From NCBI GenBank assembly GCA_958009085.1, contig OY253673.1:434001-498000 (forward strand): DNA of 64,000 bases, given 5' to 3'. This document shows positions 13,698 through 26,716 of the stretch, piece by piece (the first letter of the stretch is position 1; each line of letters begins with the position of its first letter). The position numbers were made by a program, and so were the translations under genes. The notes beneath the pieces are model-generated. The model was given only the letters and a program-made list of their open reading frames with translations. It was not told where the DNA came from and did no database searches. The DNA is from Protoeuglena noctilucae (lineage: Eukaryota).

Positions 13698-14018
13698 CGT
13701 CGCAAGCAAGATGCTACTGTTCGCAGCGATGGTCACAACGACTGTTTCTTCTTTTGCCACTGGTGACTGTCTGGCGCGGGATCGGCGCGGGATCGGTTGC
13801 TGTGGGGTCCACTGGCGCCGTGCGTGCTGACGACGTCCGACAGACTGGGCAGACCAAGGATCCGCGACGATGGCGAAAGTATGCATAGTCGTGAGACGCT
13901 GCCCATCCACCGCATTGGATTGCGATCTCCCCTGGGATCTAGGCATCGCCTTCGACATCTCCGCACAGAAACGCGTCGGTCTTGAGCCACACGGCCGGCG
14001 TTCCATCGCTGGCGTTGG

Positions 14019-15766
14019 ATGACTCAGGCTGCGGAAGCCGCCCGGGAGGGCGGGCAGTGGGCGGGGTACCCGCTGTTCCTGTCCCCGTTCTTTCATGCGG
14101 CCGTGGTCGCCGTCACCGTGGGCACCTACGTCCACGGAATCGACAGCCGAATCAACGTGGTCCTACAATGTGAGCGGCTCAACCGATGGCCCTGGAGGTG
14201 CTGGCCCGGGACCCCCGGCCCCCATGTCCCGTGCAGCTGTCACAGCGGAAAATCCGCGCGCGCGCCGCGCGTATGGCGAGAGCGGGTGGCGTTTCCCACA
14301 TGCTCACTACTTGCACATCATGACGCTGCGAGTTGCGGGGAGGGGAGACCGCCTGCTCGGACGCTGCGCCCGCAGCCACATTGCTCGTCATGACGGGCTG
14401 CTATCGTTCCCTGAAAGCCACCCCGCGGAAGGCGGAGGAGAGCATGACGACCGCGGACGCGATGCAGTTCCCCGTGGTGCGTGGCATTCCCCTCTAAGCT
14501 CGCCGCTGGCCACGATTCGCCCTCCGCAGTGACCTAGACCCCCACGACTCGTTTTCCCAGATCGGATCGGTCCTCCTGCTGTCCCTTTTCCTCATCAACA
14601 AGTATCTCGGGGCCGAGTACACCAACATGGTGCTCACGTTCTACTTCTGCGTCCTCGGGACCTTCTCGGTCGCCCATACGCTCGCTCCCTTCCTGGCCAA
14701 AGCCCTGCCGCGGTCCCTGGCCGGCAAGACCTTCAGCTTCGATCTTCCTAAGGTGATTTGGGGAATTACCAGCGGGCAGGCAAACGGCAGCTGCAACGAT
14801 GCATGCAGCTGCCACGGCTGAGGCGACTAACGTCCCTGCTGAGCTCTCCGCAGATCCCGTTGCTGGGCGAGGAGGGACCCGTCACGCTGCCCTTCCCGAC
14901 CGTGTGCCTGCTGCCCGTGGGCGCGGCCTGCAGCGTGTGGTACGCCACTTCCAACGCCCGATCCTGGCTGCCCAACAACATCCTCGCCACGGCCTTCTCC
15001 ATCACCGGCATCGAGGAAATTAGCGTCGGGTGCGCTCACCGCCACTGTCCATTGTCGTCAGGCACACGCCCACTGCACCCTCCGAACCTCGCCCCAACCC
15101 CGCCCCAACCCGTTGCCCACCAGCCCCATCCCACACCAGCTCCTCTCCCAACGCTCACCCACCCCACCCCACCCCACCCCACCCCACCCCACCCCACCCC
15201 ACCCCACCCCACCCCACCCCACCCCACCTCTGCCCAGGTCCGTCTTCACCGGCTCCGTGCTCCTCATCGGCCTTTTCTTCTACGACATCTTCTGGGTCTT
15301 CTTCACCCCGGTCATGGTCGACGTGGCCACCAAGATCAACGGGCCCATCAAGCTCCTTTTCCCGCGCACCGGGGCGCTCCCGGGGGACCCCAAACCCCAC
15401 GCCCTCCTCGGCCTGGGCGACATCGTGCTCCCGGGCATCTTCCTGGCGCTACTGCTGAGGTTCGACCTCCGCCGCGCGGGCGGGGACCCCGCGCGCCTCT
15501 GGCCCAAGTACTTCGCAGCCGGCATGGCCGGGTACACGGCGGGCATCGTGGCGACCGTCGCCATCATGACCTGGTTCCGTGCCGCACAGCCCGCCCTGCT
15601 CTACCTGGTGCCCGGGGTGCTGCTGCCCCCGCTCGCCACGGCGTTCTTCTCCGGGGAGCTCAAGGACCTCTGGGCTTTCGCGGATGGGGAGCCCACGGAG
15701 GCGGGGAAGGCGTCCGGGGCGGGGGCGGGGGCCGCTGGGAGTGCTGAGGTGAAGAAGGATAGGTAG
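14019..15766 (+). CDS. SPP: Signal peptide peptidase (aspartic protease family A22B)
   Basis: YDIFWVF, LGLGD and QPALLYLVP motifs, multiple hydrophobic helices, C-terminal KKDR ER-retrieval signal. Five exons. Confidence 0.95.
15161..15225. repeat. (ACCCC)13 microsatellite in the last SPP intron
   Basis: Perfect pentamer run ending about 10 nt before the acceptor AG at 15237. Confidence 0.95.
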
Positions 15767-15911
15767 GCTAGCGGGGTGCAAGGGAGTGGGTTGCGAGGAG
15801 GGGTGTAGATGGCTCTATGGGATGCAGATGGGATCTCTGCATAGGATAGGGGCTCTCCGGCACGAATGACCCGGTCGTTTGTTCAACGCAAGTCGTCGCG
15901 ACCGAGCGCGG

Positions 15912-18900
15912 TCAGAGAGGCAGGCCCGCGCGTGCGTAGTGATCGATCTGCGCAGACGTCAGGTTGTCGACGCGCGTCGCCCGCGCCGCGCCCGTGCGGG
16001 CCAGAACCTCGGCGGCGTAGCTGCCCGCGTGCCCAGCCGTGAGCCCGCGCTCGTGCAGCGCCGTCAGCAGCCGGAACCGAGGGTCCCGCATCAGCTGCTC
16101 GTTCGTGTATCCGTGCACGGGAGGGGCCTTGGCGCCGGCCGCCTCCGCCGCCGCCGCCTCCGCCGTCGCCCGGGACGACTCCGTGTGTCCGACCAACCTC
16201 GCGAAGTCCGCCTCCGCCTCCACCGCCACGAGGGCGCGGAGGGCGTCGAGCCGCCGCTGCCTCTCCGCCTCCTCCGCCTCCCTGCGACGAAGCAGTCACG
16301 GCGTTTCCGTGGCGTGGGTCAGGCCATGCGAGGATGGCGTGCGGCGGGGGTGCGTGCCGCGTCGCGACTCGCCTCGCAAGCTGGCGCCTGGCTGCCTCCT
16401 CGTCTCTCGCCGCCTGCACGGCCTGCCGGTACTGCACCCGCTCGCGGTGGTGCTTGCCCTCCTCTGCCAGCCGCTCCTCGTCTGCCCTCCTCTGTGCCTC
16501 CGCCCTGCGATGGCTCCCAGCGAGAGGTCACTTGTCATGCAGATGCTGCACAGGGAACATGTCCCACCCTGCACCCGCATCCGCTTCTCGCCCCTCACCT
16601 CGCCAGCTCCTCCATCGCCGCCCGCTCCCGCTCCTCTCGATAGTCGCTCAGCAGGGCTTTCTTCTGGGCCATCTCTGCTCGACGCGCCTCCTCCTGCCGC
16701 TGCCGCCGCGCCTCCTCTCTTGCCTCCCGGGCCAAGCGGCCCGCCTCCGCCTCCGCCTCCCGCTGAGCGCGCTTCTCCCTGTGAATAAGGGAACGGACGT
16801 AAAAGCTGACCATGACCCTCGCCGACCAAGCCACCTTCGCGAGCCCCCAAGGAGTGCTCTCCAAGCCCCTGCCACGCTAGGCCGTGTTGAGCGCACACGT
16901 GAGTCCCAAAGTGAGTCATCCTGAAAGAACCCAAGGCTCCCTCACCGCAGGGACTCCAGGTCGGCGTGCAGCTGCGCCCGCTGGGCTTCAAAGCGAGCGG
17001 CGTCCAGGGCCTCCCGCGCCCCACGACCCAAGCCACTCTCCGCCTCATCCAGCACGCCACGAGCCCATCGAAGCACGGCGGCCTTCTCGCGGTCCCACGC
17101 TGCGGGAAGCGGAAGACGACGCGACCTTCGCTCAGCAAAGGGCAGCTGGCAGGGCTATGCTAGCGGGCGCCCACGGCTGTTGCCGTGCCCTGTGCTCACC
17201 TGCCCCCAGGTCCACGTGTCTCTGTCGCACGAGGCGGAGTCGCTGGAACCATGCCTCGTGCTCGCTGAGCTCCGCTGCGCTGTAGTGGGGCAGGAGCAGG
17301 TGCAGACGGGAGATGAGGGCGTCTCGCAAAGCGCCACCCGTGCCTGCGCTGGGGCCCTGCACAAAGCAACGAGATGCCCTTAATAAGGTATTTCCAGCGC
17401 TTAGCACGCAAACGGCAAGCGCGTGGCGGGGTTGAGGTCATGTGAGGCTGGCGACCAATGCAAGGTCGGCATGCGCGTGTGATGCAACCCACTCGCCTTG
17501 CCGAGCCCCGCAAGGATCGTCCGCCGCATCTGCACGAAACGCTGATGCTCCTCCGCGGGCCATCCACCCGTGCACTGCGCCGTGAGCGTCCGCCTCGACG
17601 CTCCGCTCTGCAGCGTGCCTGCCCGCGAAGGAGCCCCTGCCCTCCTGCCCTCCTTCGCCGTTGCGTCCCGCGCATGATCGAGCAGAGGCGGCTCCCGTTC
17701 CGACCGTGACGTCGATGCGTGTGACCCCTCGCCGTCCTCGTCTGCCCCTGACAACGGCTCCCAGTCTCCGTCGCCCCCGCCACCCTCATCGTCGGGAAAC
17801 CACTCCCCGGCCTGGCCCACCGCCGCTGCGTCCTGCTGCCACCGGCGCACGGCGTGGCGAAAGCGGGACTCGACGCTCGTGGCGGCCTCGCGGATGCTGC
17901 AAAGACGGGCGGGCAGATCGTGACATGCATCGTGCGACGTGCTTCTGGGGCAGTGCACCGCTGGAGGTGCTGCAGCGGATCGCGGCCTCACCCGTCGAGA
18001 GTCGAAGGAGGCGCCCATCCGACAGCGCGGGACAGCAAGTCCTCCACCTCGGCCCTCAGGCCCGTCCACCGGGTTGCGTCCTCCTCCTCGCACCCGAGCA
18101 CAGCCAGGTCCTCTGCAGCGCCCCCGCGGTGCTCGTCGACCTCGACAGATGCCTCTGACGCAACCGCTGCGTCCCACTCTGCCGCCAGGCTCCGCCCAGC
18201 GTGGTCCAGGCATGCGCGTGCCTCCCCGATGGCGAGCCGGACCCGAATGAGAGCCTGGCCGCCCTGCAGAGCAAAAAGTAAGGTAGATACTGTATTCTCT
18301 GTGACAATGGCGGCTCGCGCGATGCATTGGTGCAGGCGCCGCGGCGCACGGGGACGCACCGTGCCGGACGCCCTCAGCATGGCCCGCGCGCCGTGCACGA
18401 CCCCCGCCAGTTCCTCCTGCAGCGCATCCCTGGCCGCTCCGGACCCCAGGAACTCCTCGGCATCGGCCCGCAGCGGGCCCGCCTCCCCCGAGAACGACTC
18501 TATTGCCGCGAGGAGGTCGCGTTCTGCGGTATCCTCCTCCGCGTTGAGGCGTTGAAGAGCCGTGGTCCATTCATGCTTGGCGCTCCGACCCTGCGTTGAT
18601 CGACGCAGGGCGTCGCCCATGCGTTTGACACACGGCGGCGAGAGGGGGAACGAGTGCTCGATGGACTGTTTTGGCTCACAATGGCGGGGGCGCGCAAGCT
18701 CCTCACCTCCGTCCTGCTTCGCTGGGACTTGACGAAGGACTTGATCTTTTGAATCTTGCCAAGGATAGCGTCGCCCGCATCGTGCAGGTCCTGCGGATGT
18801 GCAGTAACGACGGGGATGTAGTTCGAGCCCACGAAGTCGACAGCAGGTCGAAATGCGCAGGCGACAGGGTCGCAATGCATGCAAAGCAGCTTTGGCGAGC

Positions 18901-19018
18901 GACCATGCTGGCATTACGCGGCGCTGACCCGCAGGGCGCCTGCGCTGGGGTTCCCCTTAGCTGCTTGGCTGGCCTGGCGAAGCAGGCGCAGGTCACTGCG
19001 CGGGCCCCGGCTCGTCAT
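15912..19018 (-). CDS. CCDC148: CCDC148-like coiled-coil protein
   Basis: Multi-exon. Contains GGWPAEEHQRF, LISRLHLLLPHYSAAELSEHEAW, and C-terminal GYTNEQLMRDPRFRLLTALHERGL...YAAEVL, which resembles CCDC148. Start inferred from splice phase. Confidence 0.7.
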
Positions 19019-19210
19019 GGGGAGCCCCGTGTCGAATAGCCGGCTGGAGGCCCCGGACAGACGCTAAACTGAACCCAGCCACAAAACCCTCCCTGCAGGA
19101 GCGCCACTTGCGGCAGGCTGGACAGTGAAATGCCACCCACGATTTCAACAAAGACGGGTAGAACACCCGGCGACGAGGATTGCGCGTTGCGGCACACGCG
19201 GCGGGGGACA

Positions 19211-20985
19211 TCAGTGGCAGCAGTCGAGGTAGGGCACGTCCACGATGCCCATGCCCGAGAGGATGACGAGGACGCCGACGGTGATTGCGACGAGGGAGGA
19301 GGCGGTCGAGAGGTGCTTGACAGAGCTCTCGCTGTGCTTCCGGAGCGCCTCGGAGGTGGCGCCGATCGCGAACGTAAAGCCCCACATGGCGCCGACGGTG
19401 CCCAGGACGTACATGAACACGTAAAGAACGGCGGCCGCCTTGGTCGGAAGCGCCAGCGCCGGGATGATTACGAAAAGCGCGTCCGGCTGCAGGCCGTACA
19501 CGAGGCCCGTGGCGAACGTGACGAGGCGGAACGACTTCTTCTCCGGGACCACCGATGCGGTGCCGTCGGGGTTCGGGACGATGCTCAGAGGCTCTCCTGG
19601 GTGGCTGTGCGCCTCCGCTCCATGCTGGTGCCCGTGGTGGTGGTGGTGACCCTGCAGGGTGCGTGTGGGGAGATGGGCTCGCGGGCAGGCTGCGGGCAGC
19701 GCGGGCCTCGCCATCCGGACCCGCGGAGCTCGCAGCACGCGCCTTGTCAAAGAAGGTCTCGTACAGGCCGGACAAGCCGATGGCGAGGAGCGTCACGCCG
19801 ACCAGGGGCCCACCGAAGTTGCGGAGGAACGGGACCAGTCCATCGAACCGGTCCTTCATCAGCACGAAAACGAGACCGAGGAGGAACTGCGGGGGCGCAG
19901 GCGAGGGACGGCCTGAGCGTGCGTGGGATAGCAGCAACCCTGGGCGGAGCCCACGTCAGGTGGGACTACCTCCTGAGACATGTCGGCAGAACTCTTCCGC
20001 GGCCGCGGGTAACGCGAGCGACAGCGGAATAGGCTTGCGTCCGCCGGATTGCTCTCCCGCACTTGTCAGGATCCCGCGCCCACCAGCCGAGGTACGGCCT
20101 GGGCCACGGGAGCTGGAAGCGCGGCGCAGCGCCTACCTCGCGGCGCCCGGGCGACCCACCTGCCCCGCACAGTGCCCGCCACCCCAGAGTGCCCCGAGGA
20201 AGGCCGCCTTGAACCGGCTGCGGCCCACCGTCAGCGGCGTCAGCGCCGCCAAGTGGTCTGGGCCGGCCAGGGTGTGCAGGCATCCTGCCAGCAGACCTGC
20301 CCAGATGGACTTGGCCCCGGCGGAGAGGTGGACGTGCGCGTGGGAGTGGGCGTGGGCGTGGGCGTGTGCTTGGATGTGGGCAAAGGCTCCTGCAGGGCAG
20401 CGGGGACCCGGCACGTCGTCACGGTCCGGGATAGGACAGGCATCGACGAGAGGATAGCTGTGCCGACCCACGAACGCGCGCATCGGTCCCTGGACGCGGG
20501 GCCCCGTCCTTGTACAAGTGGACGAGGAGGCGCGCCGGCCAAGCCCGCTGGCTGCCCACATGGAGGGCCGCGCGCGGGGCCTTGGGCCCAGACAGTAGCG
20601 CGTCGACATCGTTGTGCGATGCCGAACGCCGGACGGCGAGCTGGCCCTCACCGTGCGACGCAATAGCGGCAGCTGTTGTACTCAAGAAAGGGCCGGAGTG
20701 CCGGACGCACGCCGCCGCCAGGTACCACAAGGCGCAGCCGGTCGCAACCGCGGCGATTGTCTTCCATGGCAACCTGCCGAGCGGGCCCTCCCGTCGGTCC
20801 TCCAGTGCGCCAGCGTGTCCCGTCGACCGGCAGGGCACATATCGTCCACCCCCGCACCGCCGCTCCGAGCTCGCGAGCCCTACAGGGACTCGAGCGCGCA
20901 CCGGAATTGGAATCCGGAGCGGGACTGCCGTCCCGGGGCGCCAGCCAGTCGCGAGACCCCCGAGCGACCGGCAGGCCTGCGCCAT
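19211..20985 (-). CDS. Plastid NicO/UreH-like (CGF-like) putative Ni/Co transporter
   Basis: Transit peptide, AGCLHTLAGPDHLAAL, LWGGGH, GLVYGLQPDAL, several transmembrane helices and two His-rich loops. Confidence 0.85.
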
Positions 20986-21428
20986 CCTGACGCAGAGGAA
21001 CGGGTCGCCCGTCCTCCTCGCTAAGCTATACCCACACGCCTGCGCCGGGTCCCAGAGTGCCCCCAGGGATGGTTTTGCCTTGACCGGCGGGTCCCGGGAC
21101 CACGAAACGCGATGGCGAGCGATGGGTGGCGTGCTACTACACGAAGATGACCAGTGCTGGAGGCGGAGGCCGTTTCCACCTCCCTCGCTGTGCACGGGCG
21201 GTTTCGGTGCCAGCGACAAGGCTGCTGGGCCGGTCACGATACGGCCCTTCCGCGATCTCAGGGCCTGTGTGTTTGCCGGGAATGCGGGACCGGGTGGGCA
21301 TCGCCAGGGCGGCTGCACTCTGCGCACACCCTGACAAGCGCCGCGCAGGCCGCGGGTTGCACGCTCCTGCCCTGACCACGCGCGGCCTCCGCGGCTCCTC
21401 TTGCACCTAACCTTCCTCGCAGCGAGGC

Positions 21429-23638
21429 ATGGTGCAGAACGGGGCGGGCCCCGGCCCGGGCTCTCGGGCTGCGGGGAAGGGGGGCGTAGCGAACAAGTGC
21501 GTGCGCGCGCCCTGGAGCGCGCTCTGACGCGATCTCAGCGCACCTGAGTGCGTGCGGGCTGTTACCGTGCGCAAATCCCCGCGACCTCCCGCGCGAGCCT
21601 CGCCGCTTCGCAGGGACGCGAAGGCTTCGGTGCCCAAGTCCACGCGCATGAAGCGCCTCACCAGAGACACTCCGTTCATCTGCAACTTCACGTTCAAGAA
21701 TGACCTGCCCCCAGGCGAGCGCCACCGCGCCGGGAGCTCGCTTGTGGGCACCGCCAGGGCGACTTCTGTCGACCCACCGCGCGTTCCGGCCCGCAGTGCC
21801 CGCCGAGCCGCGCCTTCTGGTCGATCCGCCGGAGCCTCAGAAGCTCAGCAAGTTCTTCGTCACGCAAATGGAGCGGGACAAGCACCACGACCTCTACGTC
21901 GACCCGGACCGCATCATCCCGTTGCCGCTCATGGCCCCCGAGATGTACGCCGTGCGCCCCGGCGCCGCCTTGGACCCCGCGGACAAGGCCCTCGTCGCTG
22001 CGGCCATCGAGGGCTCTCAGAAGGCAAGCCCAGCTCCCAGCGCCATCCCCTGCACGTGCGGGCAACCTGGGGCATGACCTGCGAGGCGCTTGTCTTCACG
22101 CAGGCTGAGATTGGGGAGACGGCGTGGCTAGTGCGCACGCGGTACTTGACGGCCGTCTCGGGCCCCGTGGCCAAGCCTGCGCCCAAGCACCACGAGGCGG
22201 CCGAGGTGACGCTGACGGAGGAGGACGTCTTGCAGCACGTCGAGGGCACGTTCGCCGAGAGCGAGCTCCGTCATCCGCGCGACCCGACTCTGCGACCGGT
22301 GTCGGTGCTCCCGCTGTTGCCGGACCTGTCGGGCCGGGACCTGCTGGCGGTGCAGTTCGACGGCCACCCGACCCGCGACGTGCGGGGCGTCCGGGGCCTC
22401 ACCGCGGCACAGAAGGAGTACCTGGCGCGCACGGCCATCCTGAAGAACCTGCGCGTCATCGTCGAGGGAGTCAAGGCGAGCGAACGCGATGGGACGCAGC
22501 GCAGCGGGACTGCGGTTGCTGCCTGCCAGGCCCAGTGGCGTGGGCTGATCTGCGCAGACCCTCTCGCTGGGCAGCGAACGTGAACGCACAGCATTCACGA
22601 CGTACACGCCTCGTGCCATGGGGCATTACCAGCGTCACCTGCGATCAAGGTCTCCCCTCAACTCGACCGCAGGCGCCCCTGTCGGTGATGCTGGTGAAGG
22701 AGGAGGTCCCCCCGCCCAACCAAGTCCCCGCCCAGGAGAAGGGCGACGCGGTGTCTGGCAAGCGGCGCTGCCAGCAGGAGTACCGGAAGGACCCGGTCGA
22801 TTTGATGGATCCCTGGATTACGTTTGAAATGCGGGGCGACCACGTGGCGTTCGCCAAGGTGCCGAGGAGCGCCAAGATGAGGCGGCTGGACCCCGGCATG
22901 CGGCAGGAGATGGCAGGGAGCCTGCCGACCGGGGCGACGGTCAGGTGCGTGCGAGATGGGCCGGCGCGCTGCCATGCGCTGGGTCGGTGCACTGGGTGCT
23001 CTGATGGCCGACCCATGGGGAACAGGGCTGGCTCTGTCGCACGCAGGCGCGGCCCCGCGAACGAGGATGCGGTGCTGAAGGCCGAGGCGGCGCGGGAGGA
23101 GACGTTTGGGCCAATTCCGGAGGGCGTGTTCCCGACCGTCATGCACGCGCTGACGGGGGTCGAGGACGTGCCTTTCTCCGAAGACGAGGGCGACGGGGAC
23201 GGGGAGGGTGGCAGGGGCGGCGAGGAGGGCGCAGGGGTGGGGTCTGCGACGCAGAGGGAGTCGCAACTCAACGAGGTGGACCCGGACGTGCTGCGGGAGG
23301 TGTTTGGGAGCTCCGACGACGATGAGGGCCCGGGGGATGGTGGGAAGGAGGTTGGGGAGGGGGAGAAGAACGAGGAGGGCCCAGGGGGTGGGGTGGATGA
23401 GGCTGGGGAGGGAGAGAGGGAGGATGGGGGTGGCGAACGGGGTGCGGAGGGCGCGGGTGGCGGGGAGGGCCGAGATGAGGAGGGTGGGGCGGGTGAGGGC
23501 GAAGCGCATGCGGGGGCTGAGGTGGGCGAGGGAGGCGAAGGCGGGGGCGGCGAAGGGAAGGACATGGGTGGGGGGCCAAGGGAAGGTGGCGACATGGAGG
23601 GTGCGGGTGCAGAGGAGGGTGACGTGGAGATGGGGTAG
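21429..23638 (+). CDS. PAF1: RNA polymerase II-associated factor 1
   Basis: TPFICNFTFKNDLPP|VPAEPRLL, WLVRTRYLT, HPRDPTLRPVSVLPLLPD...VQFDGHP, and an acidic Gly/Glu tail. Six exons. Confidence 0.85.
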
Positions 23639-23792
23639 GGCTTTTACCATTTCGCCTGCTATGAATTTGGTTGAAAAGCGCGTTGCACCGTCAGTACTGC
23701 GGCCGCGACGATTCAAATGCACACGCAAGGCGATCGCCACCACGCGGCCACGCGCGCCGTGCAGCACGGCGCCCCAGCGTCTCCCGCGCGCC

Positions 23793-26032
23793 TTAGTCGT
23801 CGTCCTGCCCGGGCCCGCGGGGTTTGGGCCCGCCCGCCTGCTTGGCCATGATGATCTGGTCCACCTTGAGCACGGTGTTGACGGCGTCCGACGCCAGCTT
23901 GATGGCCCACCACTTGGTCATGTAGAGGTCGACGATGCCGTCCGGCGACAGGTCGCGCACCTCCCCGGTGACCAGGTCCAGCCCCGCCCCCTGCTGCCCC
24001 TCGGCGTGCGCCGCGTGGAGACGCGTCACGGCGTCGGTCGCGTTGTGCCCCGAGTTCTCCGCCAGGACCCGCGGGACCACCTCGAGCGACTCGGCGAACT
24101 TCTGGATCGCGTACTGGTCCAGGCCGGACGCCTGCCGGGCCTCCTTGAGCAGGGCGGAGGCCGCCGTCATCTCGGTCGCGCCCCCCGCCGGCAGCGTGCG
24201 CGCGTCGCGCGTGAGCACGCGGTAGGCGTTCACGCCGTCGTCCACGGCGCGCTCGGCGTCGTCGAGGATCTGCTGCGTCGCGCCGCGCAGGATCACCGTG
24301 GCCACCTGGCCCATCGCCTCGTCCTGCCGCAGCACCGTGCACGTCGTGCCGCCGATCTCCTGCACCGACACCTCCCGCGCGAAGCCCAGCTCGTCCTGGG
24401 TCGGCGGCGCGAACTTGAGCAGCGACACGGCGCCTGCGAGGGGAAGGGGAGGCGGCAGCGTCGGAAGTGGCTGGGGTTGAAATTCCACCCGTGCTCTGCT
24501 TGCTGCCTGCGGCTTGCGGCTAGGCCCCGGCTGCTCACCGGTGGCGCGGCAGATGCGCCGGATGTCGAACTTGGAGTTGCTGCGGATGACCATGATGCGG
24601 AACTTCTCCAAGAAGTGCATCGCCAGCTCGGAGATGGCGCCGCCCGACACGACCAGCCCGACGCCCGCGTCCGCGATCCCTCGCACAACCTTCTCCATGG
24701 CCTCCTCCTCCGACTTGCTATAGTTGAGCAGCTCCTCGGCGGACTTGATCAGCACGGTGCCCTTGGTTTCGGTCGTCCCCGCCTCCACACCCTGGGCGTA
24801 CACCACCACCTTGACCTTCTCCGCCGCGCGGATCGTGCCCTCCGCCGGGCGCGGCAGCACCAGGCCCCGCACGACCTCGGAGTCGTACATCCCGGCCCCG
24901 ACCATCTTGCAGACGCGGACGTTGTCGACGTTGAAGTTGCGGGCGTTCTTGGGGACCACGGCCACGCAGGCCGACGCGATCAGGGGGCACAGGACGTCCT
25001 CGAAGCCCGCCTGCTTGGTGCTCACGCACGCGCGGATGCGCCGCGCCACGTCCTCGGCGTCGCGAGGGTCGAACTGGTCCGACCCAGCGTGCACCAGCTG
25101 CGCGCAGGGGAGGGCCAGGGGTCAGGCGCGGCCGCGCCCGCGCCTGCGTCGCGTGGGCGGCACGCAGCCTCGGGCGTGGGTCACCGTGGGGAGCAGCTCG
25201 AGGACCTTGTCTGCGGCCTTCTTGTACCCATCCGCCACCTCGAGCGGCTGCAGGCCCTCGGTGATGAGGCCCGCGGCGTTGGACAGGAGCTCGCCGGCGA
25301 GGGAGACGACGAGGTTGGTGCCGTCGCCGACCTCCTGCTGCTGGGACTGGGCCGCCAGGACCACCATGCGCGCGGCGGGGTGCTGCACCTCGAGCTCCGC
25401 CACGATCGTCGCCGTGTCCGAGGTCACGAAGAGCTTGTCCAGGTGGTTAATCACCATCTTCTTCATCCCTGCAGGCGCCGGGGGACGCAGTCGCTGCGGT
25501 GCGCCTCCCAGCGGGCGGACACGACGGGAGCGCTTGCCATGGCCGCGGGAGGAGCGCAAGGTGAAATCCACGGCTAGGAACGGCCTCAACCGCACGTCCG
25601 CGCTGCGTTGAGGTCGCGGCGGGCGGGGCCTGAGGCCCTTCGCGCCGCGGGGACGGCAGCTGAGAATAGAACGAACTTTGGCGGGCGACAAGCGAGCGCG
25701 CCCTTGCGTAGGAGGAGAGATCCCCCCGTCCCCCGCCACATTGTCAAGAAACCGAGCGGACGGCGATGATGCGCACCGGCCAGGCCCCTGCCCGGCCCGC
25801 AAATGCCCGCTTCGTTGTGCAGGCTTCCAGCTCCGCCCCCGCGCATGTCCTAGGCGATGGCTATCCGCGCGGGAGGTTGTCGCTCACCGTTGGGCCCCAT
25901 GGACGTGCGGGTGATCGTAGCGAGCTGCTTGCACGCCTCAATGTTGCGCATCACCGCCTCCTGCAGGCCCTGGTAGTGCTGGTGCCCCTCCTTCAGCATG
26001 GCCTGGAGGCCGTACGGCATCCCCGACGCCAT
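23793..26032 (-). CDS. CCT8: T-complex protein 1 subunit theta
   Basis: TRTSMGPNG|MKKMVINHLDKLFVTSD, QEVGDGTN, FNVDNVRVCK, VDQIIMAKQAGGP. Confidence 0.97.
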
Positions 26033-26716
26033 CCTGTCCCCTCCACGATGGGACACCCGGGGGACCGGACGCAGGCGCGATCAGGCCGCCTCGAGACAAA
26101 AGTGGACAGGTGCGTGCGATCCGTGCAAACGTCAATGCCGCTGCGATAGCATAAGAAGCGTGGAGATCTGTGGGCGCGAGTGGCTGGGCAGAGCCCAATT
26201 GTGGGGGACGAACAGCCCGCGTCAGGCCTGCCAGAGAGCCCGTTCGTTGCTACGGGTCCGGCATTCCCATCGAGATGACGCAGTGTTGCTTCACCCTCAT
26301 CCCCACGAACTGTCTAGCGCTGCCCCACCGCTCGTACGTGTGGACAAAGCGTCAGGCACTGCGTCGCATCCGGAGTGACCGCCGCGCCGCGCCTGTGGCC
26401 TCTTTCACCAGGCAGGACTTGCCGCTGGTCAGAAACCTTTGCACTGCGATAAGACAGATATTGTTGACATTTAGGTGAAGCCGGGCGACGCGAGGAGCGC
26501 ATCGTGCACGAGGTGCATGCTCCGCATGCTCCGGCGTGGCCTCGCGCACCTTTCCCGCCCAGGCCCGCGCACGTGACGTCAATATGCGCATGTCTACGCT
26601 CTGGTGGTGCGAGCGAGCGCGGCACGTGACGAGCAAGTGCAGTCCGTATTCGGAGCCATGTCCTCCCCCTCCGCAGAGACGTGGCCCTCCCGGCACCGCC
26701 CTTGTGACGCCGCGCC

